Assembly: GCA_965208105.1 (NCBI GenBank)
Contig: OZ242318.1
Location: 1,120,001-1,184,000 of the forward strand
Direction: 5' to 3'
Source: Candidatus Latescibacterota bacterium
GTDB lineage: Bacteria > Latescibacterota > UBA2968 > UBA8231
DNA: 64,000 bases
Shown here: positions 20,627 through 29,062 of the stretch, piece after piece
Layout: every line of letters starts with the position of its first letter
How positions within the stretch are numbered: the first letter of the stretch is position 1
Program-made: the position numbers and the translations under genes
The notes under the pieces: generated by a model
The model's database searches: none
The model's input: only the letters and a program-made list of their open reading frames with translations
What the model was told of the DNA's origin: nothing

Positions 20627-21687
20627 TATTTCGGAATGAAGGGAATGTAGTCAGGGACATCGCCGCGCAGCTTGCGGGCCAATAACTTGGCCTGGATGCT
20701 GAACACTTGACCTAAACAAATATTCTCCTTGAACAGGGCGTGCTTTATTTCCGTTTGCTTGCGCCGTTGCCAAGCCTGGATGACCTCTTTCCTGCCCTTT
20801 TCGGTAAATTCTACAGCGCCACCCTCTCGTTCGCGAAAGTGCCCGGACTCGATCTGCCTGCGATTGATCAAGGTCAATGCCAACCGCTCTGCCAAACAGG
20901 GCCGGAACTCTTCCATCAGATCCAAGGCGCAAGCCGGCCTGCCCGGGCGCGTTGCATGAAGCCAGCCGACATAGGGATCCAGTCCGGCGGTTGTCAAAGC
21001 CGCCAGGCAATCGTGGCGGATCAAGGCATAAATGAAGGAGAGCAGGCAGTTTATCTGGTCCCGGGGCGGACGACGGGTACGGGTCACAAATCTGAAATCT
21101 TCCCGTTGCTGTTTGAGCATGTATTGGAACACCGAGAAATACACTTTGGCTCCCATTCCCTCCAGGCCCCTGATCGGGTCCAGGGCCTCCCGAACCCCGC
21201 AATCCGGGGCAACGGGCTCAGCATTGCCGAGTTGGTGGATCAGTTGCACCAATTCATCTGCCGCACCCGCCAATGCCGTGCGGTCTGCATCATCCTCGGC
21301 TTCCCGGCCGGCTCGTAAAAGATTGGATCGCGCATTTTGCAGCTTCCCGGCCACAAACTGCCGGGCAATGCCAGCCGCATCCTGTGAGCTGTCCGCCGCC
21401 GCGTACTGAGCCCGGCGCAGCAAGTAGCGGGTGTCTCCGCTTCCCAGGACCTGCGCCAGCAAGTAGCCGTTTTCCGTGTGGTAATGCACCGCTACCTGAT
21501 GCTCCCAGCAAAAGGCCATGGCCTGAGGCGTAACCACGACCCGGCCAAACGCGCAAATGCTTTCCAAATGATGAATTGGCACGGTCAGGCGGGTTTGTTT
21601 TTCGATCACGACCCGAAGCGTCAAGTGATCTCTGTGTACTACAGTACCCGGTGTCGTCAAGTAGAGAATGTTTTGGACGACGGCCAT
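20626..21687 (-). CDS. cas1: CRISPR-associated Cas1 (type I-C)
   Basis: NILYLTT, RGLEG..YF, RRPPRDQINCLLSFIY, LDPYVG..H, LALDLMEEFR-like motif. Confidence 0.97.
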   Translation of the reverse strand: MAVVQNILYLTTPGTVVHRDHLTLRVVIEKQTRLTVPIHHLESICAFGRVVVTPQAMAFCWEHQVAVHYHTENGYLLAQVLGSGDTRYLLRRAQYAAADSSQDAAGIARQFVAGKLQNARSNLLRAGREAEDDADRTALAGAADELVQLIHQLGNAEPVAPDCGVREALDPIRGLEGMGAKVYFSVFQYMLKQQREDFRFVTRTRRPPRDQINCLLSFIYALIRHDCLAALTTAGLDPYVGWLHATRPGRPACALDLMEEFRPCLAERLALTLINRRQIESGHFREREGGAVEFTEKGRKEVIQAWQRRKQTEIKHALFKENICLGQVFSIQAKLLARKLRGDVPDYIPFIPK

Positions 21688-21714
21688 GTTTCAACCCGTT
21701 TCTTTACTGAAGTA
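21688..21714 (-). repeat. Degenerate CRISPR-repeat-like element abutting the cas1 start codon
   Basis: GTTTCAACCCGTTTCTTTACTGAAGTA matches the element at 22426 at 19/27 positions ungapped; all mismatches are transitions. Confidence 0.55.
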
Positions 21715-22425
21715 GTGAGCACCCTGGTCGCTGGTATCGAACACTGCCCGATAGGCCCGCACCAGCGTAGGCGGGACACTGGTGACTTCGGGTAGGCAAT
21801 GGTCAAAAAGTGAGCACTCGGAGCATTGGGGTTTGTGGACGGCTTGAGGTACCACTTCCTCTTCGATCAGCCGGTGCATGGCTTCGATGGCCTGTTCGGT
21901 GAGGCGGCGCAAATCCTCGGTAAATTCCACCTCTCGGCGGCGCTTGCTCTTGGCGTGGAAGATCGCCCCCTTGGGAATGTCCAGTCCGAACATTTCTTCG
22001 AGGCACAACGCTTGGGCGCAAAGCTGAGCGTCGTCGTTGTCGAATTTGCGGCGTTTGCCCTTTTTGTATTCAACTGGATAGACGCTTTCAACATTATCCG
22101 GCAAATATCGGGATATTTTTCGCTTAGAAGGGCGTTTTAGTTTCACCTCAACAATATCGCATTTTCCAGAAAGGCCCAACCTTTGGGACCATACCGGCAA
22201 CGCCCGAAGCACTTCTGAATCTACCGCCTTCTCGTACCCTGGAATATCGGCTTGCTCGTGAAATTGACTACCGATCAGTGTGTGCTCATTGTCGGTAAAA
22301 GTGCCCTCGACATGAATCAAGGCCGCCCGCCGTGGGCAATAGAGGTACTGGTTGATAGCGGAAAGCGCGATGATCCGCTCCCCGCTATCGAATGGGTGGA
22401 TCGGTTGGGTAGTCAATTCACTCAT
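21691..22425 (-). CDS. cas4: CRISPR-associated Cas4
   Basis: YLYCPRR, GKCDIVE, PVEYKKG, QLCAQALCLEEM, CSECSLFDHC Fe-S motif. Confidence 0.95.
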   Translation of the reverse strand: MSELTTQPIHPFDSGERIIALSAINQYLYCPRRAALIHVEGTFTDNEHTLIGSQFHEQADIPGYEKAVDSEVLRALPVWSQRLGLSGKCDIVEVKLKRPSKRKISRYLPDNVESVYPVEYKKGKRRKFDNDDAQLCAQALCLEEMFGLDIPKGAIFHAKSKRRREVEFTEDLRRLTEQAIEAMHRLIEEEVVPQAVHKPQCSECSLFDHCLPEVTSVPPTLVRAYRAVFDTSDQGAHYFSKETG

Positions 22426-22463
22426 GTTTCAATCCGCTCCTCCGCCGAAGTGAGAGGAGGCAT
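22426..22463 (-). repeat. Solitary CRISPR-repeat-like element between cas7 and cas4
   Basis: GTTTCAATCCGCTCCTCCGCCGAAGTGAGAGGAGGCAT; first 15 nt identical to the array repeat; hairpin retained with a compensatory pair. Confidence 0.88.
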
Positions 22464-22474
22464 ATACGTGAAAC

Positions 22475-23428
22475 TCACTCATGACGCCTGTGTAGGCGAA
22501 CGCCTCCGGGCAGCTCAGCACTGTCCCACCCGCAGCTAATCTCATAATCGGCAAAGGATTGGGGAAATTCTACGCTGTCCTTCAGTTTCACCTCGATTCC
22601 CTCAAAGAGCTTGTGAGCATGGGCGCAGCCGAGACGGGCTTCGCGTTTGTTTTGTTCGGCGTTATTCTCATGCTGAGTACCGACATGCTCAAAGTCGTAA
22701 ATCCCTCGCACCACCATTTCCCCGCGGGCAGCAGAGCGGTCGTGCTCAAACATGTGGTTGAGCGCATCGAAAAGGACTTCAAGGTCAGTGCTGGTGAAAC
22801 CTGTGCGCTCGGCGAAAGCAGGCGAGACATAAACCTTGGCAGCGTAGAGAGCGTATGGGACGATGTGCTTATTGCCCATGGTACGTTCTTTGTCGGCATC
22901 TTCCTCTTTGGTGACAGCTCCGCGAGTGATGGAGATTTCCAATGGCGTGATAGAATGGTAAGACTGGCCGAAGGTGAATTGCACCGGGCCCCGCACTTGT
23001 CCCCAAGCGGAACCTTTCATGATGTCGTCGCCGGTAGAGAGTACACCGCCGAATGTTCGCACGTCAAAGAATTCACGACACAGCCATTTCATGGCCGCTT
23101 CTTGCTTTTGGTCTTTGGAAGCTCCCGAGGCTAAACTCTCGCCGCTTTTTTCTATGCCGTTATTGATCTCGTTGTTGAGTACGGCACCCTGCCTGATGAG
23201 CAGGTTATAGCCATTACCATCGTCGCCAGTGCGCTCGGGCGGGAATGTTTCCACAAAGTTGCGCACCTTGCGCTTGAGACACACGTCGGAAACGATACCC
23301 CGATTGGTGTTGTGGTCTTGACGCGGCATGTTGCCAGCATCAGGATCGCCATTGGGATTTCCATTGGTGACCTCGAAGAGCAGCAAAACATCGTGCCGAT
23401 TGGTGAGAATATCGTTGTTCTGATTCAT
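22475..23428 (-). CDS. cas7: Type I-C Cas7 (Csd2)
   Basis: FEVTNGNPNGDPDAGNMPR, SDVCLKRKVRN, FFDVRTFG, GQVRGPVQ, FEHDRSAARGEM. Confidence 0.97.
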   Translation of the reverse strand: MNQNNDILTNRHDVLLLFEVTNGNPNGDPDAGNMPRQDHNTNRGIVSDVCLKRKVRNFVETFPPERTGDDGNGYNLLIRQGAVLNNEINNGIEKSGESLASGASKDQKQEAAMKWLCREFFDVRTFGGVLSTGDDIMKGSAWGQVRGPVQFTFGQSYHSITPLEISITRGAVTKEEDADKERTMGNKHIVPYALYAAKVYVSPAFAERTGFTSTDLEVLFDALNHMFEHDRSAARGEMVVRGIYDFEHVGTQHENNAEQNKREARLGCAHAHKLFEGIEVKLKDSVEFPQSFADYEISCGWDSAELPGGVRLHRRHE

Positions 23429-23455
23429 TGATGAGCCCTTTCTGTGAAAAATTTA

Positions 23456-23866
23456 TTAGTTGCTTTCCTTTTCTTCTTTTGCTGCTTCGCGGGCGACGCG
23501 GTCGGCGGCCTTTTGCTGGTAAAAGCCGAGGGCAAAGCGCCCCTGTGCATGCAAATCCAGTGTACGGGGAAATGGGTAGATTTTAGTTGACACTTCTTGA
23601 ATAGCCTTGTCCAAAGAGCGGTCATGTCCTTTGTACTTATCGGACTTACGGATATTGTTGAGATGGTGGCGGTTGAGCTTGAGGAGGACGGGGAACACTG
23701 AGGCTGGCGAGGCCATGGCAGTGCCAAAATAACGCTCGGCAACACCGGCTCCTTCGAGTTGATAATCATGTGCCTTGGCTTGGGCCTCGGCGAGTACAGC
23801 GAGTAGCCGTCCGCATTGATAGGCGGCATCTTCCGCCTTTGCATCCTGTTGTTCAGTAATTTCCAT
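23456..23866 (-). CDS. cas11: Putative Cas11c from an internal in-frame start in cas8c (136 aa)
   Basis: AAGGA SD 7 nt before an in-frame ATG (MEITEQ...) just ahead of the C-terminal helical bundle, as known for type I-C. Confidence 0.65.
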   Translation of the reverse strand: MEITEQQDAKAEDAAYQCGRLLAVLAEAQAKAHDYQLEGAGVAERYFGTAMASPASVFPVLLKLNRHHLNNIRKSDKYKGHDRSLDKAIQEVSTKIYPFPRTLDLHAQGRFALGFYQQKAADRVAREAAKEEKESN

Positions 23867-25300
23867 GATCTTTTCCTTTCGATTCCGATTGAGAATGAGC
23901 TTCGCCAAGGCGAACCGTGAATGGTTCAACAATGCCGTGCTTCCATCGCGTGCCATATCAACCCGCAGGCGGTTCAACATGGGATGCAAAAAAGCCAGTG
24001 AGGGCGCGGTTCCTTCCAGCGCGGCACGAAACAACTGGGCGGTCACTTCCGTCTGCAAATCTTTTGCGTCGCGTACTGTAGTGCAAGCCAGTCGGAACAA
24101 AGCTAATGGCGGCATTTTTTCTTTGCCAGTAGGCAGACGCACCGGTTCCAGATCGAGATCGCGGAACCAGTGTTGCAGGTTTTCTGTGGCGGTTTCCAGT
24201 GTAGTCTGCATCCAGTGGCGCACGACAATCCGGCCACTATTGCCGGCGAGAGTGACGGCATGGAATTGCTCTTGCCGTAGTGCCTCGCGTTCCCGTCCAG
24301 CCCACGGAGACTTCAAAAAATTCGCCACTGCTATGGGATCGGCTTGGTTGAGCAAAGCCCCAAAAGTGCTGGTGGCGTCCGTTTCATTACGGGTCCAAAA
24401 ACAGCAAGATGCCTGCCCTAAGCGGACAGAATGATCTTCGCGGTCGAGCATTGCGTTGAGCGCGGTGCAATAGGCAGTAGCTGCTCGGGTGGAGGTAGAA
24501 GCGTTGAGACTTTGCTCAAAACCGTAGGAGGCGAAGGCATCCTTATCAAACGAGACAATCGCCGCGCCAAAGGCTTGAGTGTTGGGCACTCTTTGGATTT
24601 TAGGATTGTGAGTCAGCGCAATAGGCTGATCGCTCTTCCCAGTGACCAAGCAGAGTCCGTGAGGCGCATCTGCTTCGTGGTCTTGATTTTCTTGCTCGAA
24701 TTGACTACGCCAAAAGGGTCGGATGTGAATCTCATCCTCCAGCAGCAATTGTTCTTCTACGCGGAATGAGAAGTTGTCCGGCCCTAGCTTGACCTCTCCA
24801 CCGTCGGCTTTAGTGATCCACCAAGCAGGTCTTTCTTTGGGCTTGGGGTCGGAACTGATTCCCCAACGCAAAAAGGATGGCATCTGCCCCGGCTCAGGCT
24901 TGAAAGCCAACAGGGTCTTGAGCACCGGGCTGAGTGTTTTCTCGTGGGCCTGTTTAATCTGTGTCCAAAAGTCATCGTATTTACGGAGGTTGTTCTCATT
25001 CCGGTCCTTCCGCTTCTTTTCAGACATAGGTCGTTCCGGGTTCGTGTCCAATCCGAACACGGCTGTAATACTGTCCGCCATGAACTCGGCCACCCCACCA
25101 GCCACCTTGGGTCGAGTTGTCTGTGGGCAATCGAACTCCTTACCTCGGTTCCTTTCCCCCTCGGTCTCCACCGGCCCCTGCCCCACGAGATTGCCCGTCG
25201 TGTCCAAAGTAATGATCCATCGCACCGCCTTGGGTTTGAATCCTAGGTTATTAAGGAGTTCTCGAGAGATTGCAAAATCGTTCAAATATTGCAGCAGCAT
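23456..25300 (-). CDS. cas8c: Type I-C Cas8c (Csd1)
   Basis: CLVTG, IVSFDKDAFASYG, AYQCGRLLAVL, QGRFALGFYQQ. Confidence 0.95.
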   Translation of the reverse strand: MLLQYLNDFAISRELLNNLGFKPKAVRWIITLDTTGNLVGQGPVETEGERNRGKEFDCPQTTRPKVAGGVAEFMADSITAVFGLDTNPERPMSEKKRKDRNENNLRKYDDFWTQIKQAHEKTLSPVLKTLLAFKPEPGQMPSFLRWGISSDPKPKERPAWWITKADGGEVKLGPDNFSFRVEEQLLLEDEIHIRPFWRSQFEQENQDHEADAPHGLCLVTGKSDQPIALTHNPKIQRVPNTQAFGAAIVSFDKDAFASYGFEQSLNASTSTRAATAYCTALNAMLDREDHSVRLGQASCCFWTRNETDATSTFGALLNQADPIAVANFLKSPWAGREREALRQEQFHAVTLAGNSGRIVVRHWMQTTLETATENLQHWFRDLDLEPVRLPTGKEKMPPLALFRLACTTVRDAKDLQTEVTAQLFRAALEGTAPSLAFLHPMLNRLRVDMARDGSTALLNHSRFALAKLILNRNRKEKIMEITEQQDAKAEDAAYQCGRLLAVLAEAQAKAHDYQLEGAGVAERYFGTAMASPASVFPVLLKLNRHHLNNIRKSDKYKGHDRSLDKAIQEVSTKIYPFPRTLDLHAQGRFALGFYQQKAADRVAREAAKEEKESN

Positions 25301-25302
25301 TA

Positions 25303-26115
25303 TCAGATTCCCTTGGGTTCGAGAATTTCAACTTCATCGGGATGGCAAGATAAGGTGGAATCCTCAATCTTGGCGCGGAAAAAACAGGCCCTAGGTTTAG
25401 CCAATTCACCGACGAAACGCGGAGTACTTTTCTTGGGTTTGTCCCCCAATTCATCGGGACGTTTCCAGCGAAAACCCTGAGCGCGGGCCGTGGGCGAAAA
25501 AACGTCGTAGAGCATCAAACCCAAATCCTCCACGGGCTGTCGCCAACTGTCACCCAATTCAGTGACTCGCTCTTCCAGAGCGGCTTGGGGGTCATCAACC
25601 CACTCGAAATCCGCCGCGAATTCACGCATACCCAAGGCAGGCCGATGGAAGCACTTGCCCTGCTGAGCGCGACGCTTGAATTCAGCGAAATACTTCACCA
25701 GTGTATCGTTTGGGTGATTCGCCAACGGCGTGGTACGCAGTTCGGCGCTGATGATGTATTCTACCTCTTGCAGGGCTAACATGTTGCGCTGAGTGCCGTC
25801 AGGTGCGCCTCCGCCAGCTTCAATGGGCGATACCTTTTCCGGCTGCCTCATCCATTGGCTGACGTTGCGTAGGCTGATGACCGATTGCACTTCATTGCGC
25901 CGAATCGAGGCCCACCGGCCTCGCTGAACCACCCGGATGGCAGCAACGCAATAGCAAACTTGGGGTTCCCAAAACACGGCTTCCAAAATGCCCCGTGCGG
26001 CAGAGGGCGTCATCACCGGATAGCTGACGCGCTCCACTTTCATTTCGGGACGGGTGAAACAGGCCCAATCGCCCCATACTCTCAGGTGTACATGAAAATT
26101 TTTATTATTTTTCAT
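25303..26115 (-). CDS. cas5: Type I-C Cas5d
   Basis: VWGDWACFTRPEMKVERVSYPVMTPSAARGILEAVFW, GKCFHRPALGMREF. Confidence 0.97.
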   Translation of the reverse strand: MKNNKNFHVHLRVWGDWACFTRPEMKVERVSYPVMTPSAARGILEAVFWEPQVCYCVAAIRVVQRGRWASIRRNEVQSVISLRNVSQWMRQPEKVSPIEAGGGAPDGTQRNMLALQEVEYIISAELRTTPLANHPNDTLVKYFAEFKRRAQQGKCFHRPALGMREFAADFEWVDDPQAALEERVTELGDSWRQPVEDLGLMLYDVFSPTARAQGFRWKRPDELGDKPKKSTPRFVGELAKPRACFFRAKIEDSTLSCHPDEVEILEPKGI

Positions 26116-28331
26116 AATAAGAAATCCTCAGTCGGACGTTGGTCGATAACCACGCCGAGATGTTCGTGATAAGCAGCTTCATCCAGTACGCTCAGTTCCA
26201 TACCGGGTAACAGCGGGCGAAGCAGTCCCATGTTGTCGACCTTCTGAAAATCGCGCAAATGCAGATTCACTATAAAGCGTTGAAGATCGCGCAAATCCTT
26301 GCGAGTGAAGCGCGGACCATCTATTTGGGGGCGCTCCCGGATAGCGGCTACCATTCCCAAGGCTTCCTCCCTTGGCGCGATTACAGCTTGGGTGTCATCG
26401 GAAATTACCTTCGCCTTGCTGGCTACTTCACGAAAACGCAATGCTTCTCGATCCTCCTGAATGGAGCTCTCTCGACGGCGTTGATAATCCGTGGGCACGT
26501 ATTGAAAAAGCTCGCCAAAGTAACGACGGAACAAATCCGGCTCGCCAGATAAGTCATCCGCGGACAACCGATATAGCAACCGCGCCGCAATGTCCGTAGC
26601 TACGCGATATACGCCGCCGGGCAGCTTGGGGTCTGTTGGCCGGAATACCACTACACGCCCCTTGTCGGGTAAGAGTCCTTCCCGATTACAGCGGCCCGCT
26701 GCTTGCACGATCGAATCCAGTGGCCCCAAGGCACGGTAAACCAACGGAAAATCAATATCCACTCCGGCCTCTATTACCTGAGTCGCCACCAACCAACAAG
26801 GTTTTTCGTTTTTCAAACGCCATTGCGCTTCCGCCAGAACTTTGAACCGATGCTCAGCGCACATGGCCGAGGAAAGATGCAGTACACCTTCTAATTTTTG
26901 CCCGCGCAGCAGTTCCCACCATTCAGCCGCCTGTTTGCGCGTATTCACCACACCCAAGGCTTGAGGCTCATTCGTCCATTCCTTAGCCAATTCAGGCCAA
27001 TCGCTCTCCGTGGACCGCACCTCGTAAATTACCCGGCCTAGCTTCTGAAACAACTCGCTAGGCTGTGCCCCGATCTCTTTCACTTCATCCACATCGAAAC
27101 CATTCGCCAACGATGTGCTGCGACTAAAGGCTGGTTGGGTAGCGGTGGAGAAAACGAAACTCGTGCAGTAGTGTTTTTGGAGATCGCGTAGCACATGCAG
27201 GAGCGGATTGAGCAGATGCGAAGGCAGCGTCTGCACTTCATCCAGTAATACCACGGAACTCGCAATGTTGTGCAGTTTTCGGCACTTGGAGGTGCGATTG
27301 GCAAAGAGGGACTCAATGAATTGTACTGAGGTGGTGACGATGACCGGAGCGTCCCAGTTCTCCGCTGCCAATTCCTCTGGGGACCGGCCTTGCTCCCCAT
27401 CGTCATCCTTCGCAACTACTGCCGAATGATGCTCAATCACGATGCCTTCGTTTTGGGGATCAAGCACTTTGCGATATTCGGCGGCATTCTGTTCAATGAT
27501 TGACAGATAAGGTATCACCACGATCACCCGCTGCATCCCATGTCGCCGTGCATGTTCCAAGGCAAAGGCCATGCTCGATAGCGTTTTGCCACCTCCCGTC
27601 GGCACGGTTAGAGAAAAGAAGCCTACTGGTTCCGCCGCCTTTGCCAAGCAGTCCTCAAACACCCTGTTGCGTAACTGATTGAGTTTGCCGGAAGCATCAA
27701 ACTTGCCTCGGTGTGCTTGCAGTCGCTTCAGTAGCAACGGGACATCCAGCTTCACTGGATAGCGCTCCCGTCCTGAGCTGAATTGTTCCGTATCAAGAAA
27801 ATCCGCATCCACCAAGCAGGAAAACAACATCCGCACGTAGAATTCGGCGACGGCTGGATCCCCCGAGCGCTCGACAAATTCGGGTTCGGCCAGCTTGTTT
27901 GGAATTTTTTCCAGTTCCGTCTCAAACCGCTTTACCAGAGGATCGAGACGGTTCATGGCATCGTACTTTTCTCCGCAGACCAATCCTTGCAAATCACTTA
28001 CGTTATGTAGACCCGCATGATGTCCGGCAATGGCAAACGCCGGTGCCAGCCATCCTCTGATGAATGCCAGTGCAGCACCATACACCGCATGATGGGTTTC
28101 AGCCGATCCCGGACGCTCGTCTGCCAGATATTCTTGGAAAGCCTGGCTATATTTTCCCAGATCGTGGAGCAGACCGGCCAATTTGGCACCATCGGCAAAA
28201 CCGAACGGTCCGGCGAATCCCCGAGCCCTGTCCGCTACGTTTCGCAAATGCTCGGATAACGGTTGCCAACGCGATTTATTCGGATCGGGTTCTCCAGTAG
28301 CCGTTTCGGCTGTATGGGCATAGTAGTTCAT
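26112..28331 (-). CDS. cas3: Cas3 HD nuclease-helicase
   Basis: LLHDLGK, LVDADFLDT, VPTGGGKT, DEVQ, QAAGRCNREG. Confidence 0.97.
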   Translation of the reverse strand: MNYYAHTAETATGEPDPNKSRWQPLSEHLRNVADRARGFAGPFGFADGAKLAGLLHDLGKYSQAFQEYLADERPGSAETHHAVYGAALAFIRGWLAPAFAIAGHHAGLHNVSDLQGLVCGEKYDAMNRLDPLVKRFETELEKIPNKLAEPEFVERSGDPAVAEFYVRMLFSCLVDADFLDTEQFSSGRERYPVKLDVPLLLKRLQAHRGKFDASGKLNQLRNRVFEDCLAKAAEPVGFFSLTVPTGGGKTLSSMAFALEHARRHGMQRVIVVIPYLSIIEQNAAEYRKVLDPQNEGIVIEHHSAVVAKDDDGEQGRSPEELAAENWDAPVIVTTSVQFIESLFANRTSKCRKLHNIASSVVLLDEVQTLPSHLLNPLLHVLRDLQKHYCTSFVFSTATQPAFSRSTSLANGFDVDEVKEIGAQPSELFQKLGRVIYEVRSTESDWPELAKEWTNEPQALGVVNTRKQAAEWWELLRGQKLEGVLHLSSAMCAEHRFKVLAEAQWRLKNEKPCWLVATQVIEAGVDIDFPLVYRALGPLDSIVQAAGRCNREGLLPDKGRVVVFRPTDPKLPGGVYRVATDIAARLLYRLSADDLSGEPDLFRRYFGELFQYVPTDYQRRRESSIQEDREALRFREVASKAKVISDDTQAVIAPREEALGMVAAIRERPQIDGPRFTRKDLRDLQRFIVNLHLRDFQKVDNMGLLRPLLPGMELSVLDEAAYHEHLGVVIDQRPTEDFLL

Positions 28332-28374
28332 AGATTACCTGAAAACATGCTACCAAGATGGCGGATACCGTTCC

Positions 28375-28746
28375 TTATCCGCATGCCTTCAACAGAACGG
28401 CCGGCAACCGCTTCAACTCCGCATTGCGCGGATCGACCTCAAACCCGCCGGACTCCAGGGCGGTAACCCGAAGCAGCGGTTCTACCCCTTCCTCCCCGTA
28501 CACGATGGTCCCGCCGACGACTTCACCCTCGAACTCAATCTCGGCGGTGGTTATGTCCAAAGAGACGGGCTTTCCGTCCTCAAGCACGTACTTGCGGCAT
28601 CCCTTCGGCTTGAGTCCGATCGCTTCGAGGTGCGACCTCGGCACGAACGAGTCGAACACACCGGTATTGACGAGAAATTTGCCGGTCCAGCTTCGCTGCA
28701 GGTCCGCAGGATTGCGGATGGTTACGTCAACATAGATTGCGCCCAT
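28375..28746 (-). CDS. Clan AA (retropepsin-like) aspartic protease homolog, catalytic DTG read as NTG
   Basis: YVDVTIRNP..FLVNTGVF..EPLLRVTALES..VDP; 123 aa. Confidence 0.75.
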   Translation of the reverse strand: MGAIYVDVTIRNPADLQRSWTGKFLVNTGVFDSFVPRSHLEAIGLKPKGCRKYVLEDGKPVSLDITTAEIEFEGEVVGGTIVYGEEGVEPLLRVTALESGGFEVDPRNAELKRLPAVLLKACG

Positions 28747-28790
28747 TGTGGTTCGCATTCCGAGTTGATTCTGCTGCCGCCGGGTTTTGT

Positions 28791-28819
28791 ATGATAGTGA
28801 AATTTTGTTCAGCGTGCAA
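28791..28819 (-). promoter_or_regulatory. Putative sigma70 promoter upstream of protease-cas3
   Basis: Minus strand TTGCAC-N17-TATCAT; paralogous TTGCAT-N17-TAAATT at about 29528-29556. Confidence 0.5.
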
Positions 28820-28861
28820 GAGGGACCCGGTTTCTCGACTGATTTCCCTTTCAACCACTCA

Positions 28862-28980
28862 TCAGGCAGTGGTCGTACCACTTCAGCATCTCGTGGCGGA
28901 AGCCGGTTCGGGAACCGGCTAGCGCGTCCTCGGGCCAGTAGTAGCCCCGCGGACCCGGCAGGATCTTTGGGGAGACTTCG
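28862..28980 (-). pseudogene. Degenerate internal fragment of a CocE/NonD hydrolase gene
   Basis: Translates KILPGPRGYYWPEDALAGSRTGFRHEMLKWYD vs KILLGPWGHYWPEDALPGPRIDFRHEMLRWYD at 10411-10530. Confidence 0.8.
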
Positions 28981-29062
28981 GGTATTCGGGAACCGGTTGC
29001 ACGGCAGGTCAGTTCCGCGCGCTGGCGATACAGACGAGAGGTCTATACACCAAGCTTTCCTG

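Noticed and set aside
20336-28331. No cas6 in the cas operon
   Set aside because: Normal for type I-C, where Cas5d processes crRNA
28791-28806. Possible target of the 24-nt mini-spacer in the protease/cas promoter (ATGATAGTGAAATT)
   Set aside because: Only AGTGAA aligns in register and there is no TTC PAM; too weak
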